From: Anthoceros angustus
Lineage: Eukaryota; Plantae; Anthocerotophyta
Assembly (NCBI GenBank): GCA_010909165.1
Contig: MU008187.1
Coordinates: forward strand, 252,247-316,246
Direction of reading: 5' to 3'
DNA: 64,000 nucleotides
Shown here: piece after piece, positions 47,851 to 60,310 of the stretch
Layout of the letters: each line of letters begins with the position of its first letter
Numbering within the stretch: the first letter of the stretch is position 1
Notes under the pieces: generated by a model
Seen by the model: the letters and a program-made list of their open reading frames with translations, nothing else
Databases searched by the model: none
Told to the model about the DNA's origin: nothing
Translations under genes and position numbers: made by a program

Positions 47851-49446
47851 TGGAGGACAAGAAAGCCGACGTACAAAGATGAGGCATCAATAAGCAGGCA
47901 CTTGGTGGGCTGACGGCATCACGACATGGTGATGAGGAGGAGGTGAACAAGGAGGTCGAGGAAGAGGACCCAGAGGAAACCAGCCCATACTGAATTTTGT
48001 CCCGGATACATACATGGCGAAGTTTGAGGCCAAGACCATGGACCTTGGCCCTTGGGCACATGCCATAGATTGTAACATGAGTGTAATAAGGTGGAGGGTT
48101 GGTTTCTAAACCTAACTATAACAAGAGGCCCAAAAAGTGTACCAAGTCCCCAAGATTTCAACATAATTGCAACAAGGGGGTCCAAATCTCAACATAAAGT
48201 GTAACATGGTTGCGCTTTTCTCGTGGGGGTTGTTGTTATCGTTGATGGGGTGGTAAACGATATGACTTAATATCGAGTGGGCTCCTTGCGCGGGTTTGAT
48301 TATTGCTGACTATGTTCAAGGTATATTTCTATTGTCTTTTCCCTGATTAGGGAGGCTTGGGTTGATGATGTTGTCATCCCTAAACTCGAGCACTTGATAG
48401 TTTGGGTACCGAGAAATTCGAATCCCTTTGTGGTCCATTTTGCTTTGCAATTTTCTGGTAGCTTGGATTCGCTTGAGGTCAAGTATGGTTCCACCCAAGT
48501 CCCACATAAGCAATCCAAGGAGCTTCTCCAAATTCTAGCAAGTGGTGTGATCCGTTTTTTGGACATCTAAGTACATAGTTACAAAAACGCCGCGCGTGTG
48601 TGAAGTGCGGGTACCGTGTGGACTGCACGCGTACGATGACTAGAGTCTGCTGGTTCATGGGCTCCTGCCTGTCAAAAACACTAGTGGCAGCCTGTTCCGA
48701 CCTAGTGGAAATGAAAAATGGTTGGATCTGTCTGGATATCCAAAGTGGAAATGAAAAACGGGCAGCAAGAACGACATATCATGGAGGGAGGGAAGGTAGT
48801 GCACACCTCTTCCCCATGCCACATGTCCTCAACCGAGTGTAGACCGGGTTATGAAGCACATTTGAGGCAACTTAGTGAATATGAGGGCTCCATGCAGTTT
48901 GAAGGTGGCTATGGTGGTCGGTTTTGTTTTTGTTTCGGTTTTCAACACAATATTGTGCTTAAAGCCCTCAAGGCGAGCCACGTTCCATCAATTGCCCTAG
49001 CCCAAAACAAATTCATTTAACAAACATTAAGCCGTTCATAGGCGCCAAAGACTCAATTTGAGTTCCATAGTCAACTAGGGGTTATGGAGAATTTAGAGAC
49101 TATCACAAACCCTTACATGCTACCCTCAAGTCACCTTTAACTCGAGGACTTGTAGATGAAGCTGGAGCCTGCCAACCTCCTCCAAAAGCTAGAAACATCC
49201 ACATAGTCTTGTTTGTTAGCCCATGATTGCTCCCAAAATCACAAAACCACACATAGAGGAGCTAGTGCAGTTCAATACTTAGTCTAATTTCAAGTCCCTA
49301 AGATGTTCGATAATTTCCAGATTAGATTGAAACTTAAATTAATAGAGCCCACCAATTGAGAGAGTATGAATTTGAGTATACTCAAATACCTATATCTAGG
49401 TAGATACCTAAATACCTTCTCATTTTCTAAATTAAAGACTTATATA

Positions 49447-50200
49447 CAGTCCACTCCCCTAATTGGACTGGTTCGGAGTGCCTTTAGAGGTCCCATTAAG
49501 GGAGGTGTCCCGATTAGATTTTTTCCAATTCAAAAAATAAGAAAAATATTATAAATTAAAAAAAATCAAAAATACCAAAAATCAAAATTTGATTGATAGG
49601 TTTCACTAAAAATAAATTTTACTACTTCGCTACATAGTTGCTTGAAAGCTAGCACTCTCTCTAAGCATCATCAAAAAACCTTTAACTATCATAAAGGAAA
49701 AAGATTAGCTTAGGAGTCTTCAATCACACCTAAAAGTCTATTGTGCTCTCAAAGTTGACATGCTCTTTAGCAGTCATGGTTGGATATCCAACATCTGTTG
49801 ATGCCATGTCCTCAAAAGTTAATAATGCCAACCTACCCAATGCTTGTTGCATATCAAATATTTGGGTATCCAATGAATCAGTATGAAATGAAGGATCTTG
49901 TTCAGGATCCTCTGGATCATATGTTGGCATTGCATTCAAGTCTAAACCCTCACGCAACTGAGCATCTTCTGCCCGCACTCTTGCATCCAGGGTACTTTTA
50001 ATTTTTTTTAGTAAAAAAATCAAAAATCCCATTTAGGGAGGTGAAACTAACATGAATGTATGTTTCAAAAGGTCCCAATTACCATTTAGGGAAAAGTCCC
50101 ATTTTTTACACTGTAAACTAAAGGGAGTAGGATCGGAGGTCCCATTTAGAGGAATCCCATTTATAGAGTTCCCAATTAGGAAAGGGCGGGGGGGCGACTG
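49447..50200. mobile_element. Degenerate hAT-like non-autonomous element
   Basis: Imperfect termini cagtc...cctaattgg / ccaattagg...gactg, repeated subterminal tcccattta(g/a)gg motifs and an acidic ORF remnant at 49730-50032. No TSD found. Confidence 0.4.
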
Positions 50201-50619
50201 CAGACAACGATTTTGGACCTTCCTCCCTTTGAATATTTTAGGCGTAGCCAATTCAGATTTTGATCAAGATATAACAATGAGTGTTCCGAGGATGTTGGCC
50301 TCTAACATGAATGTAACATAATATGTCCTAAAGTTCTTTATTATTAGGAGCAATTTTGAGTCATTTCCCCATCGAGCTTTACGGGGACATTCGCAACAAC
50401 AATGACTCGCGTCAATGTAGACAAACTACCTGTAGGCAAGCCATATATGTACAATACATATGTATGACCAACCGCAAGAACATGGGTCTACTACACGTAC
50501 GTAGTGACATCAAACCCAGCACAAACATGCGTCTACGCAGACAAACCCGAACGTGTGCATGAATTCAACCATGAGAATGTTTGTGTACAAAAACCCTGAA
50601 GCAATGGATGCTATTATAT

Positions 50620-50738
50620 CGATGTTCAAACCGAAACCCGTGTATGTTTAAACTAAAACCCATGCATGTTCAAACCGAAACCCGTGCATGACCTGGATCT
50701 TATGTTCAAACCGAAACCCGTGCATGACCTGGATCTTA
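50620..50738. repeat. Short tandem repeat atgttcaaaccgaaacccgtgcatgacctggatctt
   Basis: Two full 36-bp copies plus degenerate upstream copies. Confidence 0.8.
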
Positions 50739-52185
50739 TGAGCCTATGTACTGTATATCTAAATAGCCGTGCGAGACTTGACCCTTGAGAGCATGCATCT
50801 AAACCAAAGCTAAGCCGCACGTGTGACCTTAACTTGTGAGGGACGGGAGTACATATATATTCAATACCGTTTCATCATTTATGTACTTTAATAGTACAAG
50901 GTCGGTAATGTAACTTATTATGGTGTACATTGAGTGAATCTTCTCAATGAATATGAAGTACTCTCCGCAGTGTGAAAGTGAAACTGTGACCTTGAGACAT
51001 ATATTTGATGTCCTCCTCGGTGCACATGTGGAGTACTCCTTTGTGAATGTGACTACATGCAGTAATGCACGGTTTATGTCAACTTGTTTGATTGACTTAG
51101 GTGAATTATATCCTTCTCATATCATGGATTGGAGGTCCAACGTTTTTCTTACAAGTTCAGTCTTTGTTCTATATGATTATTTTTATCTTTTAAAAATTTT
51201 AATATACAATATATATTTCTTGTTGGCACTCCATGGCTTGTGTGTGGTTGAAAAGGGTTGATGAAAGTCTGGAGGTCCCAAGTTGGGCCCGAGGAAGGTC
51301 GTTCGCCAGTAGTGGATGCACCGACATGCGTATTGTGGGGCGCCTGAGAATCGCATGGCCCGGGTTGGGGCCAGCGGAGGATCGGAAATGGAATGGAATA
51401 TGGGATGGAAGATTTGAAAACGCATAACGTGTACGCAGGAGTCCAAGCGAGGATTCGCAGGGTGGCGCGCCACAGAGAAACGTTTATATAAAAGAAAAGA
51501 AGGGGGCCGAAAGAGGGCGCCGGACAGGTACCGGGCGTCAGGCGACTTGGCAAGCACTCCCATCCCAGACGTTATTGCGGTCCAAGGCAACGTGCTGGCC
51601 CAGCAAACGGCCATGTGGACCGCCACCCGCGGGGCTTCCAACATTCGAAATCCAGCGGCCAGCCCCGAATGAGTGCTGCCCCTGCTGCTCCTGCTACGCC
51701 ACGGTACGGCCGTCGGGCGCGCGGAAGGCTGGAGCCGCCCATCTCGGGCCGCGCACCCAGTCACCCGGTCACCCCCGTCCCCGTCGGCCTCCCCCGGTAC
51801 CGCCAGAATCTTACCGTTCGCGCCAGGACCCCCGCAAAGCAGCCAGATTCGGGCCCTCCTGTCGGCCCCAGCGTCCGGCCTGTCACGAGAACCGCAGCCT
51901 GCACCCGAAAGACGCCGGAAAGACGTCTTTCCGACGTCCGGCCGGTGACCGGCGCGTGACCGGCCCGTCCGGTTCCGCAGGTTCCCGGTCACCGCCCCCG
52001 CCCGCTCCCCGGGTCTTCCGTCTCCTCCCGAGCCAGTACCGCATTCAATTCGCCCGCAGCTTCCCCAGCGCCTCCAGATTCTGAGCTGCGGCGACAGCGA
52101 CACATGTCGTCCCCTACATTATGACATGAGCGGCCTCGTCTCCAACAGCAACATTCCCGCGTTGCGCTTCCTCCTCGCTCCCGCA

Positions 52186-54115
52186 ATGGCGTCGCCTTCT
52201 TCAGCGACGATGCTCCTGCTGCTACTCCTCCTGGCCGCCTCCGCGGCTCCGCCGTCCGTTTCTGGTGAGGTTCCTGCTGGGTTTTCCGCAATCTGCTGTG
52301 TTCCAGTGCTTGGGCTTTGTGGGCGCCTTTCGGCATGGAACCCACAAAGCGTCCCAGGACGATAGCTGTAGAAATGCTGGCCTTGCTGATGAGGAGAATT
52401 GTGGGTTGTGGGCATGGATGATGAAGGCGCAGGAATCATCGGCGTGAACTGGGGGGAGCTGGGGGACAATCTGCCCCCCCCGGCCCAGGTGGTGCAGCTC
52501 CTGAAGGCGCAGGGGATTGGGCACGTGAAGCTCTTCGGGGCGACGCCGGCGATTCTGCAGGCTCTGGCGGGGAGCGGGATCACGGCTATGGTGGCGGTGG
52601 CGAACGAATTGCTGGAAGGGATAGCAGGCAGCACAGCCGTGGCCTCGGCATGGGTGCAGCAGAACGTGCAGGCCTACCCGGACACGCTCATCACGTACGT
52701 GGCTGTGGGGAACGAGGTGCTGGCGAGCAGGAATATCTACCGGAAGAGTCTCCTCCCAGCGCTGCTCAACATCCACAACGCCCTGGTCTCCGCCGGGCTG
52801 GACTCGCGGGTGAAGGTCTCCTCTCCGATGGCGCTCAACATCCTGACCGTCAGCTACCCGCCTTCCCGGGGAGCCTTCAGCCCCTACTACACCACCTCCG
52901 TCTTCACGCCCCTACTGGATTTCCTGAACCGCACCGGCGCCGCCTTCATCGCCAACGCCTACCCCTACTTCGCCTACATCGCGGACCCGGCCGACATCCC
53001 GCTCTCCTACGCCACGGGCCAGCCCAACCCCGGCGTCATCGACCCCAACTCCGGGCTGCGCTACGACACGCTCCTGGAGGCGCAGTTGGATGCCGTCTTC
53101 TCGGCCATGGCGGCGCTGGGATTCCCCGGGGTGGGCATCCTTGTGGGCGAGACGGGGTGGCCCTCCAAGGGCGACCCGGCGGAGATCGGGGCAGACCTGG
53201 ACTCCGCGGCCAGCTACAACCGCAACCTGGTGCAGTTCGTCCAGTCCGGGAGAGGGACCCCGCTCCACCCTAACGCCTCCCTCGACGCCTTCCTCTTCGC
53301 GCTCTTCAACGAGGACCTCAAGCGGGGGAAGACCAGCGAGCGGAACTACGGGCTCTTCTACCCCGTAAGTCAGACTCCCGTGTATCCCATCGACTTCCAT
53401 TCTCCTGCTCCCACTCCTTCCCCTGCCCCTGGCTCCGTTCCTCCTACTGCTTCGTATCCTCCTCCTGCTGCTTCCGTTCCTCCTCCTGTTGCCATTCCTC
53501 CTCCTCCTGTTGCCATTCCTCCTCCTCCTGCTGCATTTCCTCCTCCTGCTGCTGCTCCGCCTCCTCCTGTGCAGCAGCCGCAACCTCCTCCGGCGGCAGC
53601 TTCCCCGCCGCCTTCGGCTCCCAGGGGGCACCACCCACCAGGGCAGGGGCACCACACTGGGGATTCCTGGTGCATCGCCAGCCCCTCAGCCGACCCCATC
53701 GCGCTGCAGCAGGCGCTGGACTGGGCGTGCGGCCCAGGGGGCGCAAATTGCCAGCCGCTGCAGCCCGGGCAGGACTGTTTCATTCCCAACACCCTCCAAG
53801 CGCACGCCAACTACGCCTTCAACAGCTACTTTCAAATTCAGAACCGCGCCGGAGGGAGCTGCTACTTCGGAGCCACCGCCTACATCACCTCGCAGGATCC
53901 AAGTCAGTGTGCTTTCTCCCGCGCATTCTGCGCGTCTTCTGCGCTTTCCGCATGTTCTGTGCTTTTGGTTGGTCCATGTGATTGGTTGATTTGCGTGATT
54001 GGCTGATTTGTGTGAGTGAAGGGTGGGTTGGTGAAATCTAAGTGTAACTGGAATGGGATGTGGGTGTTGGAATTCTGTAGGTTATACTGGATGCCCCTTT
54101 CCAACTTCGGCTTGA
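52186..54115 (+). CDS. GH17 beta-1,3-glucanase with Pro-rich linker and X8 (CBM43) domain (exons 52186-52264, 52433-53902, 54081-54115)
   Basis: Signal peptide, IGVNWG, catalytic VGNEV and VGETGWPSKG, FALFNED..G..SERNYGLF, and X8 WCIA...LQQALDWACG..ANC...C..P.T...HANYAFNSY. Confidence 0.95.
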
Positions 54116-54852
54116 AGGGAGGAGCAATGGCAAACATGCAGACAGACAGTTCAGAGGAGGAGGAGGGGGCCGGAGGATTACTTCACTCTGTCTTGGTTGG
54201 GCACGCACTCAATAAGAAGAAGCTGGGAGACAGGGCAACCACTATTCTTTCGCTGCACTAGCTGTAGCACAGTAGCAGTAGCAGGGGCCACTCGCACAGC
54301 CTCCTGGACCCAAAGCTAGCTCTCTGCTCACCTGCTGAAAAAAGACTCCAGAGAGTAGAGCCAGTGTGAGTGACGTAGTACACCTCACCAATTTTGTTAC
54401 GTATCCTAGGTACCTTCTGCAATACTCTCACACCCTAGGAAGGCCACTGCTGCTGCTGCTGCCGCCGCCTTTCACGATTTCGTCCAATGCCTGACTGGAG
54501 CAGCAGCAGCTGTTGAGTTGTGAAGAAATGAAACCACGTCAAGAAGGCTGTGGTTGGAATAAGTGCACTTGTTGGTTGGTTGGATTGGCACAAGGAGCAA
54601 GATAACGTAACACCTTCAAACTCTGTTGGATGTGCACGACACCAAGGTGGTGCTTTGAGGGTGCTCAGTAGAAGACAGTGCTCTGAGAAATTCATGGAAG
54701 GCGAAAGACGGCAACGACAAGTGACATGGGCTTCCAGAGATGGACATGATGAACCTACGTATGGACAATGTTGATGTCCTGAAAAGATGTGCCCAGGAGC
54801 AAAGAAGTAACTATGTACACCAAAATCAAATGATGGCCTTCCTCTGCTGCTG

Positions 54853-55449
54853 CTAGTGTTGCTTCTCCTTGAGGGAAGCTTCTAGCCTAGGCACGTCTAC
54901 CAAGTACGCGAACCCGTGTGCCATGTTCTTGAGAGTGGAAAGATGCAGGTCCCGGTCGGAGGTGGCCGTTGCGTCGGTGGAGAAGAAAACGCGGAAGCCC
55001 CTCACGAATGCTTCACGGGCCGTGGTCTCGCAGCACAGGTTAGTCATCACCCCAGTCACGATCACCTCTTCCTTCCCACTCTGCAGCAGATACTCCTCCA
55101 AGTCCGTGCGGTAGAAGGAGCTGTAAGTGGTCTTGGGAACCAGCTTGTCCTCGTCCCGCTTCCTCACCTCGGGCATCAGGGCGGCCTCAGGCGAGTCTGC
55201 CAGGATCAGTTGGCCCCACCACTCCTTCAGCATGCCATGGTCTTGCGGGCTTCTGTGGCTGTGCTGGGTGTATACCACGGGGATTCCTGCGTCCCTGCAC
55301 GTCTGGATGGTCCTCTGGGTGGCGTCAAGGATTGGGCTGGCTGTGCCTCTGAAGTACTCCTGCATGTCTGTCACCAGCAGCACTGCCTGACCGGGGCTCG
55401 GATCCCTCTCTCGGATCACATAGTGGGCGTACTGGGCTTTCTCGTCCAT
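54853..55449 (-). CDS. NIC2: Isochorismatase-family nicotinamidase (NIC2-like), intronless
   Basis: AVLLVTDMQEYF, HGMLKEWW, K..YSSFY.T.L, GVMTNLCCETTAREAFVRGF. Confidence 0.92.
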   Translation of the reverse strand: MDEKAQYAHYVIRERDPSPGQAVLLVTDMQEYFRGTASPILDATQRTIQTCRDAGIPVVYTQHSHRSPQDHGMLKEWWGQLILADSPEAALMPEVRKRDEDKLVPKTTYSSFYRTDLEEYLLQSGKEEVIVTGVMTNLCCETTAREAFVRGFRVFFSTDATATSDRDLHLSTLKNMAHGFAYLVDVPRLEASLKEKQH

Positions 55450-56149
55450 CACGGCACCCCTTCCTTTGCCCTGCCTGCTGCGCACCCTTCACCTTCACAC
55501 CGTGCTGTAGACAAGCGAAAGTCTGGTAGACCTACCCACCACGGTGTGCTCCGAGCTGTCCCTCTGCCAGGGTGCCAAGTCATCCCGTCAGGATCAACGG
55601 CACCCTACTCGCCGTTTCGTCCGTCTTGGACTGCCCTCCGAACTGGCCAACAGGTAACCCAGCAACGACATGGAAGCCTCCTCCTGTCCGTTGGGTCATA
55701 TATGTCGGCCTTGCTGTCTAGTGAGTGTCCTTCGTTTCCTCTGGCACCCAACACATCAAGCCTGGTCAGTCAGGCTCACGCAGATGTAGCCCCAGGAATG
55801 ACTGCCGTGGGACTTCTTAATACCTCAAAAACAAATGATTCCTTGTTTACAATGACCTGAACAAAAGGGAAAACATCCCACTTCGCTCTTCAAGACTGTC
55901 GAGATCTGCAACAATGCTAGGGCTGGAGAGAGGACCCGTCCCCTTTGAGAAGCAAAGCTTTGTGCTCATTCTAAAGGCAGCCTAATGACTGCTGACGGCA
56001 GCATACAAGAGCTCAGCACAGCCTTCTGAGAGTTTGGTAGCAGCGTCAATGGCCAGCACAGATGAAATTTTCTCCCAACCCAGCGGCCGAACACCTTGAA
56101 GCGCCGTGAAGGACATGCACAAAATAATCTGAATGTGAGATGGCTTGCT

Positions 56150-56924
56150 TCAAGGTGCACGGCTTCTTACAGGACCCCATCCCTCTGGGGGCCATATCTG
56201 TGCCACAAGACAACAAGTTGCATCACAAGAAGCTCATGCATGTTGCAACCGTGGGACAGAGGCCTCAGCGGCGAAATAGGGCAAACAGCCTTACCCTGTA
56301 AAAGACCTTGCCGGTGATGAGCGCGTAGGGCACAGGTCCGTAGTCTCTAGAATCCGTGGAATTGTACGCATTGTCACCTTGCAACCACACATGACCCTTT
56401 GGGACCTGGACCAAAACCACAATCACACACTTCAGCTCAAACAAAAATTGAAACACCCAACACACGAAACATCATATCCGCTGGAGGCCAGGTCTAGAGC
56501 ACGCACCACAACATGTTGGATGAGCGCTCTGGCGGAAGTAGGGACCACGGTGACATGATCGCCTTCCAGTCCCAGCACCCGCTTGCAAACCACAACCCTG
56601 GGGTTTGTGGGGGATCGCGCCATCACCACATCGCCAACTTTAATGCGCTCGAACTTGGGCGATAGGTGCTCCAGCAGAAGAATGTCTCCGGCAACATTGA
56701 AGGTCGGCAGCATGCTCGGCCCAAGACACTGGCCACATGAGCTGGTTAGGTCGTGCACGACAAACGTGGTGGTGCTGCAATTCGTCGCGTTCCCAGCGAG
56801 GACATACACCAACCTGATTCACCTCGCAAACATGGTTGGAAAACACATTGAGCGAGCAGATGAACTGGGTGAAGACCACGGCTCGCTCCCAGCCCTCCTT
56901 CACGAGAGAGCGCCATGCTGTCAT
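56150..56924 (-). CDS. IMP1: Mitochondrial inner membrane peptidase subunit 1 (exons 56924-56814, 56728-56507, 56405-56295, 56197-56150)
   Basis: GPSMLPT (catalytic Ser), [10 protein letters not shown] (catalytic Lys), [25 protein letters not shown] and IWPP. All junctions are in frame. Confidence 0.93.
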
Positions 56925-57169
56925 AGCAAAGTGCTCTCGCTCACCACCTTGATCCCGTGCTACATCCGTCTTGCGAGGCAGCACGCCTCCAGCAAAGTGT
57001 AGCACTTCAAACTCCAAACTACCTATAATTTAGGAAATTCTCTCAAGGTTATTTGAAGAGCTGTATTTTGGAACTCGCTGGCTTCACAATATCGACGACG
57101 TTTGTTTTTGTTTTTAGAGAATAATATCGACGACTTGAGCCGAAAGCATGTATGTGCATACCTATCTAG

Positions 57170-57521
57170 TACCGTACCTCGAAGGGTGGTTCAACAGGAT
57201 AATGCCGAAATAATTATTTTTTGAAAAAAACAAGGTTCAACATAAATATTTATATTTTTCAAAATTTCAACATTTACAAAAAATAATTTTATCAAATTTC
57301 AACATTTATTAAAATATATAGATATATATAAAACTAATGGATATGTATAGATCTCCCCTAAATAGGCCCTAATTTTCCACACAAACCCTAGTTTCCTTAT
57401 TTTCGGCATCATAAACTCATAAATTTTTACCTATTCAACATTTTAAGTATAATAATTTCTGGATTTTCAACTTTTACTAATTTTAATTAATTAATGCCGA
57501 ATCACCCCTTGGGGTACGGTA
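57170..57521. mobile_element. TA-flanked MITE (Tc1/mariner-like), copy 2
   Basis: TIRs taccgtacctcgaagggtg / caccccttggggtacggta (16/19 match). Homologous to 31685-32027. Confidence 0.8.
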
Positions 57522-57847
57522 TATACGTAGATATTTTTACAAATATTTTAAATTAAAAAATATCATTGCTACAAAAGATAAACAACTTGGCATCACTTCC
57601 CACTTTTGGAAGTGATATTCAAGATAGTCCGACACTACAGCTTACAAATATCATCTTTTTAAGCGAGAAGGCGAGAACTTTATAGATAAGTCGCTTACAA
57701 ATAGAGGCCTCTTATGAGAACGAAAAAAATAGACTCACACCACGGACCAAGAATACCAACCCGCCAAATCTGATTGTACTAAAGCTACTGACCCGTCAGG
57801 AAAACAAATAATTACACCAGGGCACAGAGCCAAGCGCAATACAAATA

Positions 57848-58234
57848 TCATCTCACAATATCTTTCAATTTTGCTCCGCTCCAATGTAACTTAAACATCT
57901 CTTCTAGATATTTGATGAGGCCATCTTTGGCCTGAATGTAATATTTCTTCAATCTAGGGTTTTTTTTTACTATTCCTATCTTTTCTACCATAAAAGGGGT
58001 TGACAACATCATAACGACCAAACGAAGGTCGGCCGATGGGATGTGTGTCATACGAAAACACTCATCTTCAATCCAACCTGGACTGACACCGATTTGAAGC
58101 TCTCTTGTCTTTCGGCAATACTTCAAATCCCACGTTGTTTTCATTATACGAAGCATGATGTCCTCTTTCAAGTCATATGGAAGTTGTTCAAACAAAGGAA
58201 TGGGAGCGTTTCGTTCTCCATATCTTTTTGACAC
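57848..58234 (-). CDS. Small intronless ORF with F-box-like N-terminal motif
   Basis: ATG-initiated 128-aa ORF in AT-rich DNA. LFEQLPYDLKEDIMLRI resembles the F-box LP.(D/E)...I..R consensus. Confidence 0.4.
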   Translation of the reverse strand: MSKRYGERNAPIPLFEQLPYDLKEDIMLRIMKTTWDLKYCRKTRELQIGVSPGWIEDECFRMTHIPSADLRLVVMMLSTPFMVEKIGIVKKNPRLKKYYIQAKDGLIKYLEEMFKLHWSGAKLKDIVR

Positions 58235-59007
58235 TTGTGCACTAATCGTATTTTTCTCTGCTTGCGTTTAAGATTATTTGGGTATGAATGTAGCTCATGA
58301 ATCCGACATTTACACATATATAGCCTGATATCTAAATTTTATTAGTAAGAAGTTTCGACGTCCAAGGACTATTGAGTTCATAATTAAGGAGTTCCTAAAT
58401 CCAAGGGCTATTAACTAGAGAAACTCCAAAATTCAAGGAGGGTTTACAAAATAATCAATTGTAAATTAAGTTAGTTATATAATAACTAAATCCTAAATCC
58501 TTAACTCTCCTCTCAACTAACTGGAATGCAAATACTCATCTTCTCATTGAAAACTTTGGAAGTGACTAGAACTCTTTGCACGGACAACTTTTAGAAGTGA
58601 TGTTCGAGGTATTCATGCACAAACACAAAAACCTTTTGGACTAAAACTCATGGTACTTATGTCCTACCTAGTTCTAGTGCAAAAGCTTATAATCATACGG
58701 GTTAATGCAAGTATCATCTCATAATGCCATGACCAAGCTCACAATGTCGATTACATTGAGTTTGTCATTCAATAAGCACGCGAGCACCCCAAATGCTCAA
58801 AACCATGCATACCTACTAGGGCTTCTAAGGGTGTGATTTTCAAGAGTAACTCGAACCCACAATCTCAATTTGCATTCACACTTGACCGCAACACATAAAG
58901 GAGCAGCCCATGAGGAGATTGCAATCCTTGCGATGGCATAGGGAGAAAGGCCTTGGATGGGACAGGGGTGGAGCTCGCCGCTTTGATTTGCTAGTGCAAG
59001 AGTTGCT

Positions 59008-60085
59008 TTGCACACCCTTCCAAGGGGTTCTACATGGGTGATGCCTAGTGCTTGCTTGAGGTAGTTCATCCGCTTCTAAGTAGGCAAAGATGAGTGATTA
59101 TACCGTCGCACCCCAATCTATGTCTTTCGTGACGTCGAGCACAACGAGCGGAATGTCACCGGCTGTTGAGCATCTGTAGGCAAATTTATTCAGCGGCTTG
59201 TGGATATGGATTTGATAGATAGTCCTTCAGATGGATGACTTAGAGCTAGATGTAGAAATACGGATCATTAGCCACTACATGCATCGTCCTTACCATATCT
59301 AGCGCCTCCTGCAGTCTGCCTGCGCGACCTAGAAGATCCACCATGCATGTGTAGTGCTCTGCCATGGGAGTGATGCCATCATGTTTGCTCATAACCTCAA
59401 ATGCGTTAAATACCTGCTAGGCATCGGCCATGCTCCCAAAACTTTTCATACAATGTTAAACCAAACTGCTGGCCACAACCACATCATCTCGAAGTCCTTT
59501 TCCCTAAATCATGTAGTTGCCTTCCCACATGCAAGGCTCCCACATTTGCACACCCTTCCAAGGGGTTCTACATGGGTGATGCCTAGTGCTTGCTTGAGGT
59601 AGTTCATCCGGCTTCTAAGTAGGCAAAGATGAGTGATTATACCGTCGCACCCCAATCTATGTCTTTCAGACGCCGAGCACAACGAGCGGAATGTCACCGG
59701 CCTCATACTCGTAGGCAAATTTATTCACTTGTGGATATGGATTTGATAGATAGTCCTTCGGATGGATGACTTAGAGCTAGATGTAGAAATACGGATCATT
59801 AGCCACTACATGCATCGTCCTTACCATATCTAGCGCCTCGCAATGCACTGCTGACCTAGAAGATCCACCATGCATGTGTAGTGCTCTGCCATGGGAGTGA
59901 TGCCATCATGTTTGCTCATAACCTCAAATGCGTTAAATACCTGCTAGGCATCGGCCATGCTCCCAAAACTTTTCATACAATGTTAAACCAAACTGCTGGC
60001 CACAACCACATCATCTCGAAGTCCTTTTCCCTAAATCTGCGCATGTAGTTGCCTTCCCACATGCAAGGCTCCCACATTTGCACAC
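59008..60085 (-). pseudogene. Tandemly duplicated (538-bp unit) PLS-class PPR gene fragment
   Basis: Minus strand [26 protein letters not shown] (59281-59360) and GALHVGRQLH, with stops and frameshifts. Units start at 59008 and 59546, with ttgcacac at the junctions. Confidence 0.8.
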
Positions 60086-60117
60086 GCCTACAACATTGAA
60101 GGTCGGCAGCATGCTCG

Positions 60118-60298
60118 TGTTGGAAGTAAAGCCAACATCTAGTCTAAGTAGTATTAGGATTTGGTCATATGCCCAAATGAAGCGTCATAGGGTTTAGTAT
60201 ATAAGTAAGACACATTAACAATTTTGTACACACAAATCATTTTGTTTTTCTGTATTGCAAAGTTTAGTTGAGCCAAAATTGCTCTCCGCACTTTTACA
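60118..60298 (+). mobile_element. 5' LTR of a Ty1/Copia-type retrotransposon (TGT...ACA, 181 bp)
   Basis: Starts tgttgg, ends tttaca and is immediately followed by the PBS. The partner LTR is not in the window. Confidence 0.8.
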
Positions 60299-60310
60299 TG
60301 GTATCAGAGC
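60299..60310 (+). promoter_or_regulatory. Primer-binding site complementary to tRNA-iMet 3' end
   Basis: tggtatcagagc directly after the LTR CA. Confidence 0.88.

Noticed and set aside
47342-48061. 239-aa ORF
   Set aside because: Generated by the 52-bp minisatellite.
51183-52103. 306-aa minus ORF and overlapping ORFs
   Set aside because: Very GC-rich promoter island of the glucanase where stops are rare. The translation is low-complexity Arg/Gly/Pro.
54916-55860. 314-aa + strand ORF
   Set aside because: Antisense shadow of GC-rich NIC2 and its promoter, with no recognisable motifs.
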